Source: a virus
Lineage: Duplodnaviria; Caudoviricetes
Length of the DNA: 64,000 nucleotides
IMG/VR virus record: IMGVR_UViG_3300032292_000618
Coordinates: 32,001-96,000 of that record
Direction: 5' to 3' (one strand)
Position numbers and translations under genes: made by a program. This document shows positions 48,567-59,962 of the stretch, one piece after another; positions within the stretch are counted from its first letter, which is position 1, and each line of letters begins with the position of its first letter. A model generated the notes under the pieces. That model was not told where the DNA came from. It was given only the letters and a program-made list of their open reading frames with translations, and made no database searches.

Positions 48567-49568
48567 ATGAAAGTAGCTTTAATTACTGGTATCACTGGCC
48601 AAGATGGATCGTATCTTGCTGAATTATTACTCCAAAAAGGTTATGAAGTTCATGGCATTATTAGAAGGTCTTCCCTTATCAATACGCATCGTATTGATCA
48701 TGTATATGATTCAATTAATTTGCATTATGGGGACCTTACTGATGCTACGAACTTAGTTAGAGTTATTCAACAAGTTCAACCAGATGAAATCTATAACCTT
48801 GCTGCACAAAGTCATGTAAAGGTATCTTTTGAGATGCCTGAGTACACTGCTGATGTTGATGGTGTTGGCACACTAAGGATCCTAGAATCAGTTAGGTTGC
48901 TTGGTATGGAAGATAAAGTGAGAATCTATCAGGCATCTACATCTGAACTGTATGGACTTGTTCAGGAAATCCCTCAGAAAGAAACAACACCTTTTTATCC
49001 TAGGTCTCCTTATGGTGTTGCTAAGTTATATGCTTATTGGATCACAAAGAACTATAGAGAAGCGTATGACATGTATGCCTGTACTGGCATCCTGTTCAAT
49101 CACGAATCTCCTAGAAGAGGAGAAACATTTGTAACTAGAAAGATTGTTAGAGCACTATCTAAAATTTCTTGTGGTTTGCAAGATACATTATATCTGGGCA
49201 ACCTTAATGCCCAAAGAGATTGGGGTCATGCAAAAGATTATGTAGAAGCAATGTGGTTAATGCTCCAGCAAAAATATGCAGATGATTATGTTATTGCAAC
49301 AGGAGAACAATACTCAGTCAGAGAATTTGTAGATAAAGCAGCACCTTACTTTGGATTTAATATTGAATGGAAAGGTAAATATATGGATGAAGTTGGGATT
49401 GATACTAATACTGGAAAAGAGGTTATTAAAGTAGATCCTAAATATTTTAGACCTGCTGAAGTAGAGACTTTGTTAGGTGATGCCTCTAAGGCAAAAGTTG
49501 AATTAGGTTGGGAACCTAAGATTTCATTTGATCAATTAGTTGAGGATATGTGCATTTATGGACAGTAA
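48567..49568 (+). CDS. gmd: GDP-mannose 4,6-dehydratase
   Basis: [34 protein letters not shown]. Confidence 0.97.
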   Translation: MKVALITGITGQDGSYLAELLLQKGYEVHGIIRRSSLINTHRIDHVYDSINLHYGDLTDATNLVRVIQQVQPDEIYNLAAQSHVKVSFEMPEYTADVDGVGTLRILESVRLLGMEDKVRIYQASTSELYGLVQEIPQKETTPFYPRSPYGVAKLYAYWITKNYREAYDMYACTGILFNHESPRRGETFVTRKIVRALSKISCGLQDTLYLGNLNAQRDWGHAKDYVEAMWLMLQQKYADDYVIATGEQYSVREFVDKAAPYFGFNIEWKGKYMDEVGIDTNTGKEVIKVDPKYFRPAEVETLLGDASKAKVELGWEPKISFDQLVEDMCIYGQ

Positions 49569-50526
49569 TTCTAAAGTATTGGTTGCCGGTGCCAATGGAA
49601 TGGTTGGATCGGCAATTGTCAGAAATCTTGAGAGTAAAGGATATACTAATATCATGAAAGGAACTCGCCATATTGTAGATTTTACTGACCAAGAAGAAAC
49701 TGATAGGTTTTTTCAGTTAGCAAAACCCGAGTATGTTTTTGTTGCCGCTGCTAAAGTTGGTGGCATTATGGCAAACAATAACTATAAGGCAGATTTTCTA
49801 ACTGAGAATCTTCGCATTCAAACTAATATTATTGAGTCTGCTAATCGTTGGAATGCAACTAAACTTCTGTTCCTTGGTTCCTCTTGCATCTATCCTAAGT
49901 TTGCTACTCAACCAATCAGAGAAGATCAGTTTATGACTGGTTCTTTGGAACCAACAAACGATGCCTATGCAATTGCCAAGATATCTGGTATTATGATGTG
50001 TCAGGCATATAGAGAACAGTATGGGTTCAATGCCATCTCACTGATGCCTACAAATCTTTATGGTACTAATGATAATTTTGATTTGGAAACATCACATGTT
50101 CTTCCTGCAATGATTAGGAAGTTTCATGAAGCTGCTAGAAAGGGATATGTAATAGATCCAGGTGGTCCTTGGTATGGTCCATCAGTAGAATTGTGGGGAG
50201 ATGGATCTGCAAGGAGAGAGTTTCTTCATGTTGATGATCTTGCAGAAGCATGTTTCAGATGTATGATTTCATACGATGATTCTGAAATTATTAATGTAGG
50301 AACTGGTGAAGATCTTACTATTAAAGAACTTGCAGAATTAATTTCTATTATTGTTGATTATCCAGGTAAAATTGAATGGGATACTTCTAAACCTAATGGT
50401 ACTCCTAGAAAAGTCTTGAATGTAGACAAAATCAAATCTCTTGGTTGGAGTCCTAAGATTGGGATTCGTCAAGGAATCTATGAAACTTATGAGTGGTACA
50501 AGAATGAGCAAACTAGTAATCTTTGA
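49558..50526 (+). CDS. fcl: GDP-L-fucose synthase
   Basis: [33 protein letters not shown]. Confidence 0.96.
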   Translation: MDSNSKVLVAGANGMVGSAIVRNLESKGYTNIMKGTRHIVDFTDQEETDRFFQLAKPEYVFVAAAKVGGIMANNNYKADFLTENLRIQTNIIESANRWNATKLLFLGSSCIYPKFATQPIREDQFMTGSLEPTNDAYAIAKISGIMMCQAYREQYGFNAISLMPTNLYGTNDNFDLETSHVLPAMIRKFHEAARKGYVIDPGGPWYGPSVELWGDGSARREFLHVDDLAEACFRCMISYDDSEIINVGTGEDLTIKELAELISIIVDYPGKIEWDTSKPNGTPRKVLNVDKIKSLGWSPKIGIRQGIYETYEWYKNEQTSNL

Positions 50527-51871
50527 TTTAGATGGTGTTTTGATTGATAGCAAGGACTATCACTATGAAGCACTTAATCAGGCACTTGGAGACAAGTACT
50601 CTATTAGTAGAGAAGAGCATGTTAGCGTTTATGATGGTCTTCCAACCAGGGCAAAGTTAGAACTTCTTACTAAAAATAAAGGTTTGCCGGTAGATCTTTA
50701 TGATCAGATTTGGCAAGACAAACAAGAGGCAACACTTAAGATCTTTAATGACTGTGTAGCAAAAGATTATGAGTTGATGGGATACTTCCAACAACTTGTA
50801 GATGCTGGGTATAAGATTGCTGTTGCATCTAATTCTATTAGGAATACTGTTAAAATACTTTTATTAAGATTGGGAGTATTGGAGTTTGTAGACATGTATG
50901 TGTCTAATGAAGATGTAGTCAGGAACAAGCCATTCCCAGCAATGTATTGGAAGTGTATGACTGCTCTTGGTGCTCTTCCTGCAGATACTGTGATTGTTGA
51001 GGATAGTCATATTGGCAGACAGGGAGCATTAGATAGTAAGGCACATCTGGTTCCAGTAGAAAATAGAAAAGATCTTAATCAAGAAAAGATCAATAGAATT
51101 AAAAAGATTTTAAATGGCACAAAACAAAAAGTGGCATGGGAGAGTAAGACCATGAATGTTCTGATTCCTATGGCAGGAGCTGGTAGTAGATTTGCTAGTC
51201 AGGGATATACCTTCCCTAAACCTTTGATTGAAGTTAGAGGGAAACCAATGATTCAGGTAGTAGTTGAGAACCTGAATATTAAAGCAAACTATACTTTTAT
51301 TGTTCAGAAAGAACACTATGAAAAATATAATTTAAATTATCTACTTCCCCTGATTGCTCCCAATTGTAATATTGTTCAAGTAGATGGAATCACTGAAGGT
51401 GCTGCTTGTACAACTCTTCTTGCTAAAGAGTTTATCAATAATGATGAACCTCTGGTGATGGCAAACTCAGACCAGTTTGTTGTATGGGATTCTAATGAAA
51501 CTCTCTATGCATTTCAGAATGGTGAATGTGATGGAGGTATCCTGACATTCCCTGCAACTCACCCTAAATGGTCCTATGCTAAGCTTGGTGATGATGGGTA
51601 TGTTGAAGAAGTTGCAGAGAAGAAACCAATCTCTGAACATGCTACTGTTGGTATCTACTACTGGAAGAAAGGTTCTGATTATGTAAAGTATGCAGAACAA
51701 ATGATTAAGAAAAACATTAGAGTTAATAATGAATTCTATGTCTGTCCAGTATTCAATGAGGCAATTTCCGATAGTAAAAAAATCAGAATTAAAGAGATTG
51801 AAAAGGATGGGATGTGGGGTATTGGGACACCTGAAGATTTAAATTATTTCTTGGAGCACTACAAAGAATGA
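50504..51871 (+). CDS. HAD phosphatase fused to a sugar nucleotidyltransferase-like domain
   Basis: FDLDGV, KPFP, VEDS; then IPMAGAGSRF, PKPLI, EKKPIS, GIGTPEDL. Confidence 0.88.
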   Translation: MSKLVIFDLDGVLIDSKDYHYEALNQALGDKYSISREEHVSVYDGLPTRAKLELLTKNKGLPVDLYDQIWQDKQEATLKIFNDCVAKDYELMGYFQQLVDAGYKIAVASNSIRNTVKILLLRLGVLEFVDMYVSNEDVVRNKPFPAMYWKCMTALGALPADTVIVEDSHIGRQGALDSKAHLVPVENRKDLNQEKINRIKKILNGTKQKVAWESKTMNVLIPMAGAGSRFASQGYTFPKPLIEVRGKPMIQVVVENLNIKANYTFIVQKEHYEKYNLNYLLPLIAPNCNIVQVDGITEGAACTTLLAKEFINNDEPLVMANSDQFVVWDSNETLYAFQNGECDGGILTFPATHPKWSYAKLGDDGYVEEVAEKKPISEHATVGIYYWKKGSDYVKYAEQMIKKNIRVNNEFYVCPVFNEAISDSKKIRIKEIEKDGMWGIGTPEDLNYFLEHYKE

Positions 51872-52332
51872 AACTGATTGCACATAGAGGAAATATTAAC
51901 GGACCTGATCCCTCTAAGGAAAATAATCCAGATTATATTGAACAAGCAATTTCTCAAGGTTTTGATGTTGAAATTGATGTTAGATATAGTCCTCTAGATT
52001 CTAAATTGTATCTAGGACATGATGAACCAGATTATAAAGTAGATTGGTTTTGGTTTGGTAAATATAGAGATAATTTATGGATTCATTGTAAAAACATTGA
52101 AGCACTTTATGAGTTTTCTCGTGGCACAAGTGGATTTAATTATTTTTGGCATCAAGAAGATGATTATAGTTTAACTAGTAGAAATTATATTTGGACTTAT
52201 CCAGGTAAACCTTATACTTCAAAGTCTGTAATAGTCATGCCAGAATGGAATAAAAATGTAAATGAATTTGTAGACCTTAGAGCATATGATTGCTTTGGTA
52301 TTTGTAGTGATTATGTTGGGTATCTAGTATGA
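51868..52332 (+). CDS. Glycerophosphodiester phosphodiesterase-like protein
   Basis: IAHRGN, VEIDV, LGHD, WIHCKN, GICSD. Confidence 0.75.
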   Translation: MKLIAHRGNINGPDPSKENNPDYIEQAISQGFDVEIDVRYSPLDSKLYLGHDEPDYKVDWFWFGKYRDNLWIHCKNIEALYEFSRGTSGFNYFWHQEDDYSLTSRNYIWTYPGKPYTSKSVIVMPEWNKNVNEFVDLRAYDCFGICSDYVGYLV

Positions 52333-53015
52333 AATTTACTTTTGGTATTATTACTGATGGAAATTCTGAAGATAATTTAAATAAAGTTATTGACAGCATA
52401 GAATCACAAAATATTAAAGAGTATCAAATTATAATAGTTGGGAACAGTTATATCTCTAGAGATAATACTTTTATAATTCCATTTAATGAAACTATTAGAC
52501 CTTCTTGGATTACTAGGAAAAAGAATTTAATTACTATAAATTCTAGATATGAAAATATAGTTTACTCTCATGACTATGTTGTATTTGAACCTGGATGGTA
52601 TGATGGGTTTTTAAAATTTGGAGAAGATTTTAAAATTTGTATGAACAAGTTCGTGAATCCAGATAACTCAAGATTTAGAGATTGGGTAATTTGGCCACAT
52701 AATGATAATTTTATGGATGGTATTGTTCTCCCTAACAGAGAATGCTTGATCCCATATGATATTACTCATCTATCCAAGTACATGTATATTTCTGGAACAT
52801 ATTGGGTTGCTAAAAAAAGCACCATGATGGAATTCCCATTAAATGAAAATCTTTCTTGGGGGCAGGGAGAAGATGTGTTCTGGTCAAAGCAAGTCAGACA
52901 AAAATATGATTTTTCAATTAATCAATTCTCAACAGTAAAATCTTTAAAATTTAAAGATCCTGCATTCAATATTACAGGTCAAGATACTGCTGATAAGTTA
53001 AGAGAGGTTGTATGA
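52329..53015 (+). CDS. Glycosyltransferase (GT2/GT-A-like)
   Basis: TFGIIT, HDY, GED. Confidence 0.7.
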   Translation: MKFTFGIITDGNSEDNLNKVIDSIESQNIKEYQIIIVGNSYISRDNTFIIPFNETIRPSWITRKKNLITINSRYENIVYSHDYVVFEPGWYDGFLKFGEDFKICMNKFVNPDNSRFRDWVIWPHNDNFMDGIVLPNRECLIPYDITHLSKYMYISGTYWVAKKSTMMEFPLNENLSWGQGEDVFWSKQVRQKYDFSINQFSTVKSLKFKDPAFNITGQDTADKLREVV

Positions 53016-53866
53016 AAAAAGTTGCAGTTATAATGCTTGGGGGCATTAGGCAAAAGGATCTTTTTTGGAAGTCCTACAATAACTGTATTTCTGGATATCC
53101 TCATGATTTGATAGTTGTTCATAGAGACTATGCTGGATTTCCATCTAAGGTTAGAAACTATGATGGGAGGATGATTATAGAAAATAAAATTATTAATGGT
53201 CAGGATATTCCACATAAAGCTTTTGGTGCTTATAGACATTACTTCTATAAGTATAAAAGTGATTATGAATTTTTTGTTTTTATATCAGATGATGTTATCT
53301 TAAAAAGAGATAATTGGTTAAAAGATATTATTCATACCATGTACTCCCATGAGAAAATTGGATTTGGAGCAAGTCAAATATTTAATGGACATAAATCATA
53401 TCCACATGAAAGTCATTTAAGATCCCCTTTTTGGTTTGCTAAAGCAGAAGTATTAGATCAAATAAATTGGGAGTTTACTTGGGATCATGATGGAGAAATG
53501 AAAATAGGAGATCAATGCACTGCAGTTGGATATGTTGGTGTTCAAGTTGGAAATAAAATTAATCTTGGATATGATGCAACTGAACAAGATCACATCACTC
53601 AACTATTAGAAAAAAAATATTGTTCTCCATATAGTCCTTATTCAAAATTTAAATCTGATGATTTTTTTAAAATAGCTTTTGAAAAATTATCAGAGACTGA
53701 CATATTTCAAGAGTTTGTAGAATCTCCTTATCCCCATATAGGATTTCAAAATACCTTTATTGATATAGAACCATTTAATAATTTGATCTACTATCCTTCA
53801 TTGGAAATTGCAAAAACTTATTCCTTAGTTAAAAGTCTTCCATACGATATTAATGTGTTATGTTAA
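53012..53866 (+). CDS. Putative GT-A glycosyltransferase
   Basis: FVFISDDVIL; located in the glycan island. Confidence 0.5.
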   Translation: MKKVAVIMLGGIRQKDLFWKSYNNCISGYPHDLIVVHRDYAGFPSKVRNYDGRMIIENKIINGQDIPHKAFGAYRHYFYKYKSDYEFFVFISDDVILKRDNWLKDIIHTMYSHEKIGFGASQIFNGHKSYPHESHLRSPFWFAKAEVLDQINWEFTWDHDGEMKIGDQCTAVGYVGVQVGNKINLGYDATEQDHITQLLEKKYCSPYSPYSKFKSDDFFKIAFEKLSETDIFQEFVESPYPHIGFQNTFIDIEPFNNLIYYPSLEIAKTYSLVKSLPYDINVLC

Positions 53867-54543
53867 ATTTTAAACAAGTTACAGACATCCTTTTAAATCT
53901 AAAGGGAATAGAGTTTGGAGGACCTACTGAACTTTTTAGTGAACTGCAACATAACATGTTGCTATATCCATATGTAAATTTGGATGGGGGAAATATTATA
54001 AGTAATAATTACTTTCAGACAAATATATCATCAAATTTTATCTATGGAGATAAAATAGGAAGACAATATGATGTTGATTGTACAAATGAGGATCAATTAA
54101 AGAAGTTAAAGAAATATGATTTTGTTGTAACCTCACATGCAATAGAGCACTTTGCAAATCCCATTCATACTTTAAAGTTGTGGCAACAATATCTGTTGAA
54201 TTCAGGTGGTTATATTTTAACTATTATTCCAGACTATCAATATTGTTTTGACAGGAAGAGACCACTAACCAGAATGGATCATTTGATTTGTGATTATGTG
54301 GAAGGGGTTGGGGAAGATGATACTACCCATATAGAAGAACAGAAACAATTACATGATTGGTCTTATGGTGGGCATCATCAATTCTATGAATTATGTGAAA
54401 TCAATCATCTCACAAGAGTTGTACATCATCACACATTTACGATAGAATTAGTAGAAGAACTTTTTGATTATTGTGGATTTGAAAAAGTCCTATCATTTAA
54501 GAATGATGAATTGAACATTGTAAATCTGTCTAGGATTCCATGA
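53860..54543 (+). CDS. Class I SAM-dependent methyltransferase
   Basis: IEFGG, YDFVVTSHAIEH, GGY..IIP. Confidence 0.8.
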   Translation: MLNFKQVTDILLNLKGIEFGGPTELFSELQHNMLLYPYVNLDGGNIISNNYFQTNISSNFIYGDKIGRQYDVDCTNEDQLKKLKKYDFVVTSHAIEHFANPIHTLKLWQQYLLNSGGYILTIIPDYQYCFDRKRPLTRMDHLICDYVEGVGEDDTTHIEEQKQLHDWSYGGHHQFYELCEINHLTRVVHHHTFTIELVEELFDYCGFEKVLSFKNDELNIVNLSRIP

Positions 54544-55502
54544 TTACTATTAATTATTTGTCCCATCAAAGAAAAGATCTCCATAAGTATTGGGAGATAA
54601 CAACACATTTTCTGAATAAAATTAAACCAGAGAATAAAGAGAAAGTAAAAATTAATGTTCTTGCATCAAAGTCTTTTGATTGGGGATCTTATCTTGAAGG
54701 ATTTGAATCTCAAGTTATGGTGTTTCCTGATGTAGAACTCAACTACATGCAAAAGATTAGTGCAGCATTAGATGAAACAAATAAGTATTCAGTTAAGCTT
54801 GATGAAGATTGTTTTATTAGCAATCATGTATGGGATTATATTATTGAGAACATAGATGTCTTAGATGATGAAGATAATTTTATTCTTACACCAATGCTGT
54901 CTAATGGTATTCCCCATACAGATAGATTTGTAGAATCTTTTGTTAAAGATCCTTGGATGATAGGGGCAATATATAGAAATTATTTGAACCAAGAAATGCC
55001 CAATGGATTATGGGGTGCAGATTATACTCCTCTAAATGCACATACAATCAATGCTAATTCTTGGGACTCCAAAGCATTTTTTGAAGGTGTTTCTAACCTG
55101 AATACATACTTAAAGGGAATTCACCCTATTAGAATTTGTGCTAAAGCTCAGTTATTATTAAACAATTATATTGTAGAAAACTTTGATAGACTAATATCAA
55201 AGCATGACTATAGTATCAAAGAATTTAAAGAACCATATTACACAACAAGCACATTTATAATTAAAACTGAAGATTGGAAAAGGTTACTAGATATTGGTGC
55301 TCATGATTCATTTGATGAAATTCAGTTGAATTTGTATAGAGAAAAGTATAATAAAAAGTTTCTTTATATTGAAAATGGATTTGGCATCCATACCATTTAC
55401 AATACCATCTATGGTAACAAAAATATTTGGAACATAGGTATGGAAGATGGGTACACCTATGAGGTAGAATTTGTAGACAGCATTCTTGGTAAATTAAAAT
55501 GA
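54540..55502 (+). CDS. Putative GT-A glycosyltransferase
   Basis: KLDEDCF DxD-like motif. Confidence 0.55.
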   Translation: MITINYLSHQRKDLHKYWEITTHFLNKIKPENKEKVKINVLASKSFDWGSYLEGFESQVMVFPDVELNYMQKISAALDETNKYSVKLDEDCFISNHVWDYIIENIDVLDDEDNFILTPMLSNGIPHTDRFVESFVKDPWMIGAIYRNYLNQEMPNGLWGADYTPLNAHTINANSWDSKAFFEGVSNLNTYLKGIHPIRICAKAQLLLNNYIVENFDRLISKHDYSIKEFKEPYYTTSTFIIKTEDWKRLLDIGAHDSFDEIQLNLYREKYNKKFLYIENGFGIHTIYNTIYGNKNIWNIGMEDGYTYEVEFVDSILGKLK

Positions 55503-56146
55503 TTCATTGTATTGGAGATAGTCATTCAGCAGTATTCAGTGGTGAGGAAACAATGCAACCTTGCTGGCCAGATCCAGCTGCAAATAAACTTCCTTACTTT
55601 AAGAGTTATAGAATTGGTCCTGCTACTGCATATCAATTAGCAACTAAGCAACCTATTATTGAATCTCTAATTAATTCACTAGAACTTACATCAGAAGATT
55701 ATTTAATGTTTTGTTTTGGTGAAGTTGATATTAGAGCTCATTTAATTAAGCAATCTAAAATTCAAAATAGACCAGTAGAAGAATTGGTGGTAGAATGTGT
55801 AGAAAGATATGTTGAATCTCTAAGTGTATATAAAAAGTATAATATTCCTATTGTTGTATGGGGACCTATTGCGTCATGGTGCGATCAGAAGGTATATACT
55901 GGAGGGCCATCTTTTGGAACAAATTTGGAAAGAAATTTAATAACAAAAGCATTTAATACAACACTTGAATTGTGTTGCATTAAACCCCAATTTGAATTTA
56001 TTACAATCTTTTCAGAAATGCTTAATGATGATGGAACAACCAATGGTGATTTTCTAGATGACTGGGAAGGATCTCATATGCATTTGTCCCAAAGGTCAAT
56101 GCCAACAATACTACAAAAATTTAAATCTGCAGGATTAATTAAATGA
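55499..56146 (+). CDS. SGNH/GDSL-like hydrolase or acyltransferase
   Basis: IGDSH, FGEVD, C-terminal H. Confidence 0.65.
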   Translation: MIHCIGDSHSAVFSGEETMQPCWPDPAANKLPYFKSYRIGPATAYQLATKQPIIESLINSLELTSEDYLMFCFGEVDIRAHLIKQSKIQNRPVEELVVECVERYVESLSVYKKYNIPIVVWGPIASWCDQKVYTGGPSFGTNLERNLITKAFNTTLELCCIKPQFEFITIFSEMLNDDGTTNGDFLDDWEGSHMHLSQRSMPTILQKFKSAGLIK

Positions 56147-56877
56147 GTTACAAAGGTTATGAAAATAAAGTTGAATTCATTAAAAATGAATTTGTAAATT
56201 ATTATGTAGATAAAGGACCTGAAAATGGGATCCTTCAGGGGTTTAAATATCAAGGAGCAGCAACTCATTGTAGAAATTGTCTTGCCACTTTAGTCAAAAT
56301 GATTGAAGCAAAAACTGTTCTTGAAATTGGTTCTTGGCATTATGAAAGTTCTAATGCTATGGCTTTTGCTATGGATGAACTTTATGGTAGATCTGGATAT
56401 GGTGTGATTGATTCCTTTGACATTAGAAAGGGTGGTTATGATGGACAGATTTCATATGTTCCTCATTCAACTAGAGTCAATGCCAGATACTGGTATCCTC
56501 ATCATTCAGATTATGATGATTGGAAGTATAAAGTAGATCTTCCATTTAATGATTTTGTAGACTATACAAATGATGAGATTTCAGAAAAGAATATTCAAAT
56601 TCTTAAAGAAGCATCTAAAGATTTTGGTAGCAGATATGATCTTATTTTTGTAGATGGAGATCATTCTTATGAAGGAGTTAAGAGAGATTTTGAAGTTGCT
56701 ATGTCAGTAGCAGATAAAGATACTCTTATTGTCATTGATAATGTTTGGGACATTAGACTTAAAGATGTAAGACAGTTCTATGATGAACTAGAATTAACTA
56801 AGTGGGACTTTGAAGAATGGAATGATGAACATTATCAAAGTAATATGGTTCAAGACACTGCCATCTGTATCCTATGA
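56143..56877 (+). CDS. Class I SAM-dependent methyltransferase (Methyltransf_24-like)
   Basis: VLEIGS, DLIFVDGDHSYEGV. Confidence 0.85.
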   Translation: MSYKGYENKVEFIKNEFVNYYVDKGPENGILQGFKYQGAATHCRNCLATLVKMIEAKTVLEIGSWHYESSNAMAFAMDELYGRSGYGVIDSFDIRKGGYDGQISYVPHSTRVNARYWYPHHSDYDDWKYKVDLPFNDFVDYTNDEISEKNIQILKEASKDFGSRYDLIFVDGDHSYEGVKRDFEVAMSVADKDTLIVIDNVWDIRLKDVRQFYDELELTKWDFEEWNDEHYQSNMVQDTAICIL

Positions 56878-57731
56878 AAATTAAAGTTTATTTTGTTACT
56901 TATGATAATGATTTTGAGTTGAATAAAACTCTTAAAACATTTGAAAAAAGTGGAATCAAAGATTTTGATCATGAAATTTTTATAGTCAATAATTTTAAAG
57001 ATGCCCCAGTTGTTCTTGAGGATGTTGATTTAAAATATACTGTTATTACTAATTCTACTAGACCAACATTTTCTACTGGACACCTTGCTAGAAATTGGAA
57101 TGAGTGTTTGATTGATGGGTTTAGGGATTTGGAAAATCCAGATTGTGATATTGTTATTCTTTCTCAAAATGACGTTCATTATGATGAAGGCACTATTAAT
57201 AAATTAGTTGAAAGTCATAAGATTTATAATTTTATTACTAGTGGATGTGGAGATGCTTTCCATAGCTATACTGTTGATGCAATTATAGCAGTTGGATTGT
57301 GGGATGAAAGATATTGTAACATTGGATGGCAAGAGTGTGATTACTTTTTAAGACATTTGATTTATAATAAAAATGCAAGTTCTATAAATGACCTTTTACA
57401 TGCTAGAATCAATAATAGATTAGATTATGATGTAGCTAATGTAGAAGAAAAGTATTCTGGGTTTGTTAGAAATGACATACATCATATGAAATCAATGAAA
57501 TACCATAGTATTTCTATGAATACTTTTATCAAAAAATGGGGATTAGGAGTTCCTGGAATAGATTGGCAGGGTCCCATGTATGAATATAAAGATGGAATAT
57601 ATCCTAGTGCATATGGCATTACTCCTGATATTGTGCTAGAATCTCCACAGTGGATAATGTATCCTTTTTTTGAAAGTAAGATACCTAACTTAAAAAATAA
57701 AAATTATATCAATTATGAAACACAGAATTAA
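56874..57731 (+). CDS. Glycosyltransferase (GT2-like)
   Basis: ARNWN, QND, VGLWDERY, ECDY. Confidence 0.7.
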   Translation: MKIKVYFVTYDNDFELNKTLKTFEKSGIKDFDHEIFIVNNFKDAPVVLEDVDLKYTVITNSTRPTFSTGHLARNWNECLIDGFRDLENPDCDIVILSQNDVHYDEGTINKLVESHKIYNFITSGCGDAFHSYTVDAIIAVGLWDERYCNIGWQECDYFLRHLIYNKNASSINDLLHARINNRLDYDVANVEEKYSGFVRNDIHHMKSMKYHSISMNTFIKKWGLGVPGIDWQGPMYEYKDGIYPSAYGITPDIVLESPQWIMYPFFESKIPNLKNKNYINYETQN

Positions 57732-58518
57732 TTTAGTTGGAAATTCCTTTACCCATCTTACTGGAGGAAATAAAGGATACTCTGTACATGGAAAGGAATC
57801 TAAGTATATTGAATGGGTCTTTGATCTTTCTGCAAATGAAACTGTTTATGTAGATCAGAATATTAATCAGGCATTTACTGATGGAATTCCAGGCAAAAAA
57901 TATGGATGGTTGCTTGAATCTAAATTTGTAGTTCCTGGGATTGCAGATGAGATAAAGGCAAATGTAGAAGAATACTTTAAAGTATTTGAATATATTTTTA
58001 CGCATAATAAAGAACTTCTTAGTCTTGACTCTAGATTTAAGTGGTGTCCAGCTCAAGGATTTTGGATTAAAGAACCAAAGATCTATGAGAAAAGTAAAAT
58101 GATTTCTATGATCTCTTCTAATAAAGCATTTACTGAAGGGCAAAAAAATAGATTAGATTGGGTGGAAAGACTTGGGGATCAGGTTGATATCTATGGTAGA
58201 GGTATCAATCCAATTGATGATAAAGAAGAAGGTCTCTGTGATTATATGTTTTCTGTTGTAATTGAAAATGGAGTTTATGAATCATACTACACAGAGAAGA
58301 TTCTTGATTGTTTTGCTACTGGTACTATCCCTGTTTATCTGGGATCTCCTGACATTGGTGAACATTTTAACCAAGATGGAATCATTCAACTGAGTGATGA
58401 GTTTGATGTTTCTGAAGAAATTTATGAAAGCAAGATTGAAGCAATCAAAGATAACTTAAAAAGAGTCAAACAGATTGAAGTTCTAGAAGATTTTATTTAC
58501 GTTAATTATTTGCAATGA
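57715..58518 (+). CDS. GT10-like alpha-1,3/4-fucosyltransferase
   Basis: YMFSVVIEN...YYTEKILDCFATGTIPVYLG. Confidence 0.8.
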   Translation: MKHRINLVGNSFTHLTGGNKGYSVHGKESKYIEWVFDLSANETVYVDQNINQAFTDGIPGKKYGWLLESKFVVPGIADEIKANVEEYFKVFEYIFTHNKELLSLDSRFKWCPAQGFWIKEPKIYEKSKMISMISSNKAFTEGQKNRLDWVERLGDQVDIYGRGINPIDDKEEGLCDYMFSVVIENGVYESYYTEKILDCFATGTIPVYLGSPDIGEHFNQDGIIQLSDEFDVSEEIYESKIEAIKDNLKRVKQIEVLEDFIYVNYLQ

Positions 58519-59315
58519 TCTCATTTAATCAGTTAGGAAATTTAGGAAGACTTGGAAATCAGATGTTTCAGTATGCCTCTTTAAGAGGTATTGCTGCGAA
58601 TAGAGGATTTGAATTTTGCATTCCTCCACAACAAGTGTTTGGTGTTAGTGATCCAAATGTAAAAAATTCAGAAACTAATATTCACACTGCTTTTGATTTA
58701 AGTAAGTATAATAAATTCCTTGAACCAAATCAAATGGTTAAGGAATCTGGATTTCATTTTGATGAATACTTGTTTAATAACTGTGAAGATAATGTAGATC
58801 TTTATGGATATTTTCAATCTGAAAAATACTTTAAGAATATTGAAGAAGATCTTAGAAAAGATTTTACTTTTAAATCTGAAGTAGTGGATGTATGTGAAGA
58901 GTTTATTCAAGAGATTGTTAAGAGTGATCAAATAATCTCTTTGCATATTAGAAGAGGGGATTATTTAACCTTACAATCCTTTCATCCAACTCCACCACTT
59001 GAGTATTATTCTGAAGCACTATCAAGGTTTGGGGATATTCCAGTCATTATTTTTTCAGATGATAGTGAGTGGTGCGTGAGACAAAATTTATTTGATCCAG
59101 ATAGATTTTTTATATCTCAAGCAAATATGGCAGAATATGATATGTGCCTTATGTCTATGTGTACTCATCATATCATTGCAAATAGTTCATTTAGTTGGTG
59201 GGGAGCATGGTTAGCTAAAAGTAAAAATGTTATTGCTCCAAAAATTTGGTTTGGACCTTCTTTACCAGACCATAATACAAAGGATCTTTATCTAGATGAT
59301 TGGGAGGTTTTATGA
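58515..59315 (+). CDS. GT11 alpha-1,2-fucosyltransferase
   Basis: GRLGNQMFQYA, GYFQSEKYF, HIRRGDY, NSSFSWWGAWL. Confidence 0.92.
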   Translation: MISFNQLGNLGRLGNQMFQYASLRGIAANRGFEFCIPPQQVFGVSDPNVKNSETNIHTAFDLSKYNKFLEPNQMVKESGFHFDEYLFNNCEDNVDLYGYFQSEKYFKNIEEDLRKDFTFKSEVVDVCEEFIQEIVKSDQIISLHIRRGDYLTLQSFHPTPPLEYYSEALSRFGDIPVIIFSDDSEWCVRQNLFDPDRFFISQANMAEYDMCLMSMCTHHIIANSSFSWWGAWLAKSKNVIAPKIWFGPSLPDHNTKDLYLDDWEVL

Positions 59316-59962
59316 GAACTTTAAATGATTTTTTTGACAAGATTTATTGTATTAATCTTGATGATAGAAAAGATAGGATGGTAGAGGCTGCAAAGCAATT
59401 CCATAAACATAACCTTTGGGTGGAAAGAGTTCCTGGAATTAAAGGTTCTAATATGAATCTTGACTTTCCTCCCCAAATTAAAGAAGGGGCAGTTGGATGT
59501 GCACTGTCTCAGTTGTTTACTCTTAAGTTGGCAAAACAAATTAAAGCAAAAACTTTTTTGCTTCTTGAAGATGATATTGAATTTGATGAAGATTTAAATA
59601 GCAAGTTCAATAGGTATCGTGCTGAAGTTCCACATGATTGGGACATGCTATATCTTGGAGGTCAACATTTTCATGGAATGAATCTTACCCAAGTATCTGA
59701 ACATATTTACAGATGTGAATATACTTTGGCAGCACATTCTGTTGCTTTTAAGTATACAGTTTATGATAGGTTCATTAATAACTTAATAGATATTACTAAA
59801 CCTTGTGATGTTCATTATGCACAATCTCATAAGGAAATTAATGCATATGTAATAGTCCCACATTTAACTTGGCAAAGAGAAAGTTATTCAGATATTGAAG
59901 GTTTTAATGTTGACTATTCATTTTTAAAAGATCATAGATATCCACAGTGGGGGAAACCATGA
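59312..59962 (+). CDS. GT25 glycosyltransferase
   Basis: YCINLDDRKDR, GAVGCALS, LEDD, WDMLYLG. Confidence 0.85.
   Translation: MRTLNDFFDKIYCINLDDRKDRMVEAAKQFHKHNLWVERVPGIKGSNMNLDFPPQIKEGAVGCALSQLFTLKLAKQIKAKTFLLLEDDIEFDEDLNSKFNRYRAEVPHDWDMLYLGGQHFHGMNLTQVSEHIYRCEYTLAAHSVAFKYTVYDRFINNLIDITKPCDVHYAQSHKEINAYVIVPHLTWQRESYSDIEGFNVDYSFLKDHRYPQWGKP

Noticed and set aside
52731-52740. CCTAACAGAG, a partial third copy of the 25-bp repeat
   Set aside because: Only 10 nt match, inside a CDS, with no promoter boxes
1207-59539. Many short minus-strand and alternative-frame ORFs in the track (e.g. 12498-12968, 28177-28611, 39505-39855, 57733-58143)
   Set aside because: They lie within well-recognised + strand genes, lack motifs, and look like shadow ORFs
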